DNA of 40,089 bases from Proteromonas lacertae. Its lineage: Eukaryota. The translations under genes and the position numbers were made by a program. The notes beneath the pieces were generated by a model, which worked only from the letters and a program-made list of their open reading frames with translations, made no database searches and had not been told where the DNA came from. The number at the start of each line of letters is the position of its first letter. Position 1 is the stretch's first letter. Shown piece by piece: positions 33,720 to 40,089 of the stretch. The stretch is taken from contig NGBS01000316.1 of the NCBI GenBank assembly GCA_002245135.1, forward strand, positions 62,001 through 102,089, read 5' to 3'.

Positions 33720-36164
33720 TTATTTCTTAGTTATAGATTTTACAAATGCTGGAACATCTTCAGCTATGCAGTTCATATGTTCTCTAATATTTTCAACCAA
33801 TATTTCTTGCTCTTTAGAAGGGTTACTAATCAGAAATTGTTCTTCATTTGCTAATACTTCTTTAATTCTTATATACAACTCTATTTTATCTATATGTTCC
33901 ATCTCTACTCTATGGATTAAGTCACTAGCTGTCATTTCCAATCTCAATTTCTGTATAATGTCTCTAATCTCATTCAAAATCTCATTTCTTCTTCTGTTAA
34001 ACCATGGTCTAAAATGGGGAGAATGGAAAAAACGACTGTATAATATTTTCCACTGCATCTTATTAAATGGAGCTAATATTGCATTAGTAGATTCACACCT
34101 TGAAATAAACTCATTTTCATCAAAATTGATTAATAATTTATTAACATCCATATAAGGATCTATATAACAATAACAATAATATAATATATATAAATACTAA
34201 TAGATATAGAAGATTGATTCATTTGGAAATAATAATCCAAAGGACTTAAAAAACACTGTGTTAAAGCCTTAAAATGATCTCTCAATAACTTATTATTAAT
34301 AATAGTTGCAGGTAATGTAGCAGGTGATGGTTGTATTGGTATAGAAGGTGGTGGTGGTGGTGGAGGTGAATATTGTGGTAATTGTTGTTGTTGTTGTGTT
34401 AATGGAGTAGATATTGTATTTACTGGTATTGGTGGAGATGGTGTAGGAGTATAATAATAGTCATTATTACTATCATATTCACTATTATCATATTCATATT
34501 CATTATCTTCATCATCATCACTCTCATTATCACCATTTATACCACCACTACTACTAATATCATCATCTTTTGCACTTCCACTACTGAAATAACCATCATT
34601 GAATAAATTACTACTCTTTTTCAATACTAATAATCTATTCAAAGTGACAGAATTGGATTTCATTATGCTACTTCTTCTACTCACGAAATTATACTCATTA
34701 TCAATATGACATTCATCTAGAGTTGTCTTTTCTGGTACTACTTTTGGTGTTCTTTTATTAGGCCTATGACTTTCACCAACAAATGGTTGTAAATGAATAC
34801 AATTCGGCCAATACTTCAATGTCTTTATAATACATGGATTTGTCACTCCTAATATAATGGATGATAACTTTGTACCATGTGTCTCATCATGTAATTTCAC
34901 TATCTCTTTATAATCTTGATCACAGAGTGAGAAACAGGGTCTATAATCTCCACAGTATATTATTGGTGATATTAATCCTACTATGGATAACACAGCCATA
35001 CTACATTGTTCTGCATCATTAGCGAAGATGATTAATGGCTCACCAGTAATTGATATTTCCCATAAATGCCATAGACATCCTACATATTGACCAAATGTAG
35101 CGTATAATGGTAAACTCTATAAATAATAAATATAAAATATAAAATATACTTGAAAATATCCATATTCACTTTTAACTGGAGATGGTGCAATAAAATCATC
35201 AAAGAACTGTTGTGGACTTTTACTCTGTCCTCTTGAGGGAGTTAATAGTGAATTTCTTCTGAATGTAAATGCTGGTGATAATGGTAAACTATCAGGTTCA
35301 TCTAATTCCTCTCTTTCATCATCATAAGTTATACAATCACTCGTTGATTTATCCATTGGTAATACATCAGGTAATTCTTCATTGTTATATACTATTACAG
35401 TCGGTTTATCATTGCTGTTACTATTTGAAATCAGATTAACAGGTAGATTTAGTGCTGGTGGTATTGATGTTGATGTTAACGAAATAGCAGTTGGAGGATG
35501 GTGTAGGAGATGATTGTTCAGGATATTCTATAGATTCATCATTCAATCGTGGAGATGGTAATGGAGGTGTTTTAGCTGATGCTAGTACTGTTGTTGTGGT
35601 TAAATCTAATAAGTCAGGATCATTAGGTATTCTGGCTTTATATATATCACCATAGAGTGGACATTCAACCTTATGACCAATTAATGGAGGTGGCCAGAGG
35701 ATAAGGCTTGAAAATAGTGTTTCTAATGTTACCTCACCATATTGAAAGTACATATTTGCTATTTTGGTGGTTATATTTCTGAAAAAATGTATATTCTGGG
35801 ATTTTTGTGAGAATTACTAAAGGATTTTTGAAATGCTCCTCTTGGTTTATCTCTTGATTGGATTGATCTGAAATAAGTATAACCAAACAAAAATGAATGT
35901 TCACTTGGGTAAGCAGAAAATAATGGTATAGGCCATTTCTGTTCTAATTCGGAAAACATAAAATAAATCTGCAGGATCTGTTGGATGTTTGTCAGGCATA
36001 GCAATTAGACGAATATTATCTTTGCATGTTTTAGATAAAGCTTCTTGAGGGTAAATAGCTTCGATACTTTGGCCTTTATCTGTATCAAAATTGATAACCA
36101 CTAATGCAACAATCCAAGGCTCTAAACTATGAGGCGTTTGAAAATGTTTCGTTACTTCATCCAT
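33720..36164 (-). CDS. DENND6: DENN-domain Rab GEF, DENND6/FAM116-like (introns and frameshifts)
   Basis: WIVALVVINFDTDKGQSIEAIYP..IAMPD, FGYTYFR..RGAFQKS, LISPIIYCGDYRPCF, IILGVTNP, WKILYSRFFHSPHFRPWF. Confidence 0.85.
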
Positions 36165-36482
36165 TTGTGTTTTTATTATCAGGATCTATTATATCTTCCT
36201 ATTTTATATACTTTAAACCTAAAAAATCTAAGTTTATGATAATATATAACAAGAAAATCGAAGATAAAAAAATATACTGATCAGAAAACCATACACCGTA
36301 TTTTAATATTTTTTTGGAGCGAAAATTAATTTTTGCCTTTTGTAAGCTGTACTTGAATCTGAAAAAAACAAAACCCCTCATTTATAATTACCTACGACAT
36401 TACACACATATTTAACCAATAATTGGATTTTTAATGTATATTTCAAGTCAAATTATCCTTTAAAATAGAATATATAGTTATA

Positions 36483-37159
36483 ATGTCGGACTATAATGTA
36501 CTACAAGATCGACTGAAGGATGTAATTTACAAACTGAACAAGAAAGATCACTTTTGTATTTTCAGAGAAGCAGTTAATGCAAAAGATGTATGGTAAAAAC
36601 GTTGTTATATTTTTAGGTACCAGATTATTACGAAGTCATCAAAACATCCGATGGATCTAGGAACAATGAACAGAGTATTGACTTTTCTATTTATATATTC
36701 ATCAAAAATAGAAAATAGATGATAGAAAATATGGTAATTTGGATGAATTAGAGTTAGATTTTAGGTTGATGATAGCAAATTGCAAAGAATACAATGAAGT
36801 ATAAATATCACATTATCTATATATATATTTCTTTATAGCCAAATTCTGTTTATTACAATCAAGCATTAATATTAGAAGAATACGGTAATAGTGTATTTGA
36901 AAAGACACGTAAAATAATAGAACATGCAAGAGGAAGAGATACAAGAGCAGAAATAGTGAAATCATTTATCCCATTACCACTAGTATATCATAAACAAACA
37001 CATTCTAACTCACTCTATGGCACTTTCAAATGTAATATGCAAATATCCGTTTTACCTTATCTTGGCGGAGAAAATATATTGGTTCCTAATAAGGATAATT
37101 GTTGTATGGTTTGTGCTTTACCTTCCCCTGATTTACAATGTGAAAAATGTAAAATGAAA

Positions 37160-37196
<37 letters not shown>

Positions 37197-40089
37197 ATTG
37201 TAATAGTATCATATTAATTGTATGTTACGTCGTAAGAATGACATTATTGAATCATTATGTAGTTATTGTTCAAGACCTTATAATAGCAAAGCTGGTTGTA
37301 TATTATGTCCAAATAATATTAAAGGAATAATGTGTAGGGTAAGTAACACCAGTTGGGCTCATTTATGGTGTATTTATGGTACTAAATTCATTGAAAGTAT
37401 TGAAAACACTGAACCAAACACTAATAACACTACATTATTACCAACAGAACAACAATATTGTTGTTTTCTATGTAAAAAGACATTAGGATGTGTAGCAAAA
37501 TGTGCTTGTGTTAGTTGTGAAAGAAGAGTTCATGTAACTTGTGCAATGATGTGTCCTGCTATGATGGTAGTGATTTGGCAATCAAGGAAAGGTATTATAT
37601 ATTGTAAAGAACATTGTCCTTCTGAATATATAATCAAAACAAAGATAATTAATAACACAGTTAATAATATTCAAATTAAACCACCACATAATTTAGTGTT
37701 AAACTTTACTCTATCATCTTCGTCTAATTCATTAAAGTGTTGTGTTTGTAACAATATTTATGTTAATTCACATCCTTTACCTATCCTTCAATGTAATAAA
37801 TGTAAAATGACAGTTCATCCTGAATGTTATGGAATTCAAGGGATTATACCTGAAGATTTCATATGTGATTATTGTCAAGTAGTAGAAGATCCAAATGCTA
37901 GACAACCAATGTGTGAAATATGTCATAAAGAAGGTAAAAATGCATTTAAACCAACAACCATAGAAGGTAAATGGGTTCATTTATATTGTGCATTATGGAT
38001 TCCTACTCTCAGTTTCAAAGATTTGACAACTTTAAAACCAGTAATTGGGCTTGAAACAATCAATCCTTTATTAACTCAAGCCGTTTGTCAAATCTGTCAT
38101 TTGAGTGGAATTTGTTTGAAGTGTTCTGATAATACTTGTTCCTGTAATTATCATCCTATTTGTGGGTAGAGATGCTGGTTATTTTATGGTATTTAAAGAG
38201 AAAAAGAATGGTGAAATCAGAGCTATTAGTTATTGTTCAATACATTCTGATGCGGAGAGAGAAAAAATAGAAACAAGAAGTAGAAGAAAAGCAAATACAA
38301 CTACTCAAGAAAGAATAAAACTAAGACAAAAGATAAATTAGATGGTGTTATTACTAGTTCTAGAGATAAAGATGTTGGTCGTTCTGCAATTACTCCAGCA
38401 CAATATTGGAAGTTATTTGATCCATATTTTGATGATTTAATATATCGTAATACAAATGAATTCTTTGTTCCCTATGTTAGAACAAAAGAACAAATTGAAA
38501 ATAATCCATTATGCTTTATTCCTCCATTAGGTAATAAGTTGGAAAAAGAAAAACTTCAAACCGATTTGATTATAAATGGAGTTGAAGAGAATGATAAAAT
38601 ACCACAATCGACTGATTCTATCAGTTTTAGAGGTTATAATTTTAAGAATTTCAACACAATTTATCAAACAATACCATTTTCATTAAGCGATGAAGTATTG
38701 GATTGGGTTTATAGTCATTGTATTCTTTTAGATACAACATTCCGTGAAGCTGAACCAAAAGATATTCCTTTACTACTTCAGATTAATAAAATCAATCCTG
38801 GTTATAAAACTAAAGAATCTTATATGGAAGCATTCTCTGAGAAAAATGATTTTATATTAGTATCTGAAAGAATTGGTGTAAATGGATTACCCTATTTAAC
38901 AGGAATGTGCCATTATTACTTCCAATGGTTTCAAGATAAAGATGAAAATGGTAAAGTCAATGTTTTAGCATGTTATGTAGCTACATTACAGCAGTGAAAG
39001 AATCAACACATTCTGATTATATTAATCAATATAAAGTAGTATCAGAACCAAGAACAGGTGTTACATTATTTGCTATGGCTGTTGAACATGCTAGAAAAGA
39101 GAAAATGCAATATATTTGTTGTGATTCAACTGCTGAATCTGTATCTTTTATTTCAAAGTGTTTAATATGTCTGAAAAGATCCATTTCCTGATAATTCATA
39201 TCATCCAATGGGAATAGCGATTAAAGATTTCAAATATTGGAATTGTCTACCTCCAGCTCCAAAAGATCTAAATGATAAAACTGTAAAAATGACTTTTAAT
39301 GCAAAAAGTGATAAACCGATCATTCCTGATTGTCAATATCCTGAAGATAATCCAATCACTTCATTTTTCTTACATACAAATTATTTAGGTGAAGTGTTAG
39401 ATGATTCTACTCACTTTTTATATGAAAAGATAGGAGATAATAATGATGATGAAACAATACCAATTCTTGATCACCAAAGATAGATACAAAACCAATAACT
39501 AATCAATCAGAAGTAGCTGATGTAATACAAGATAATAATGCAAAGAATAATAGAATAAAGTTTGAATTAGATGATTTTGAACCTGAAGAAGTTGATGAAT
39601 TGAGGAATAATGAAATAGAAAAACAAATGAGAATATTGCAATCAGAATTGAAGAGTGTAATGCATAGAAATAGTAAAGAGGAGAAATAATAAGAAATAGA
39701 ATATTAGGGAATCATGAAGCCTTTTTGAATAATTTAAAACAAAATACTTGGGTAAATCAAGCTGAGATAATGTTTAAGAATTATATGACAAAAGTATTGG
39801 AATATGAGAAGAAACATAGTGTTCCAGATCTTGAAGATCAAGTTTGTGATGTATGTTATGATGATGATAGTGCATATGGAAATCAAATTGTATTTTGTGA
39901 TTCTTGTAATGTTGGAGTTCATCAAGTATATATATATTGTTGTGTTATTTATTTATTTATTAATAGAAATGTTATAATATTCCAATCATTCCAGCCAATG
40001 AATGGTATTGTATGAGATGTAAACAGAATCTATCACAAAGATATGAGTTGTTTTTTATGTGGTTGGCAAGGTGGTGCATTAGTTCCAAC
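36483..40089 (+). CDS. Bromodomain + PHD/ePHD (PZP) chromatin protein with internal GNAT-like domain; runs off the window
   Basis: IFREAVNAKD|VPDYYEVIK..PMDLGTM..LMIANCKEYN (29-nt intron 36588-36616); CNKCKMTVHPECYG; GNAT-like YVATLQ..RTGVTLFAMAVEHARKEKMQYICCDS; CDVCYDDDSAYGNQIVFCDSCNVGVHQ. Several frameshifts; one-gene status is inferred. Confidence 0.75.

Overview
AT-rich eukaryotic genomic DNA with very short (about 25-40 nt) GT-AG introns and a stramenopile-type mastigoneme/EGF gene. The host is inferred to be a Blastocystis/Proteromonas-like gut stramenopile. The centre (11098-32286, about 21.2 kb) is an integrated Polinton-like/virophage-like endogenous DNA virus with perfect 54-bp terminal inverted repeats and a 6-bp ATATAT target-site duplication. 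It encodes an rve integrase, adenain-type cysteine protease, minor and major capsid proteins, an A32-like packaging ATPase, an adenovirus pVI/pVII-like basic protein, two paralogous fibre-like proteins and Zn-ribbon proteins. I could recognise no DNA polymerase, primase or helicase. Other unusual features are a host-sized 30-nt spliceosomal intron in the first viral gene, a single in-frame TGA splitting a 1410-codon Pro/Gly-rich ORF, bipartite termini, and two flanks that do not rejoin into one gene. Host genes are an Ig-like/PA14 surface protein, a membrane-anchored kelch protein, a kinase-like+LRR protein, a SPRY-like fragment, an EGF/mastigoneme-like protein, DENND6 and a bromodomain-PHD-GNAT protein. 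Several host genes carry frameshifts that look like assembly indels. All family calls come from motif recognition by eye; no searches were run.
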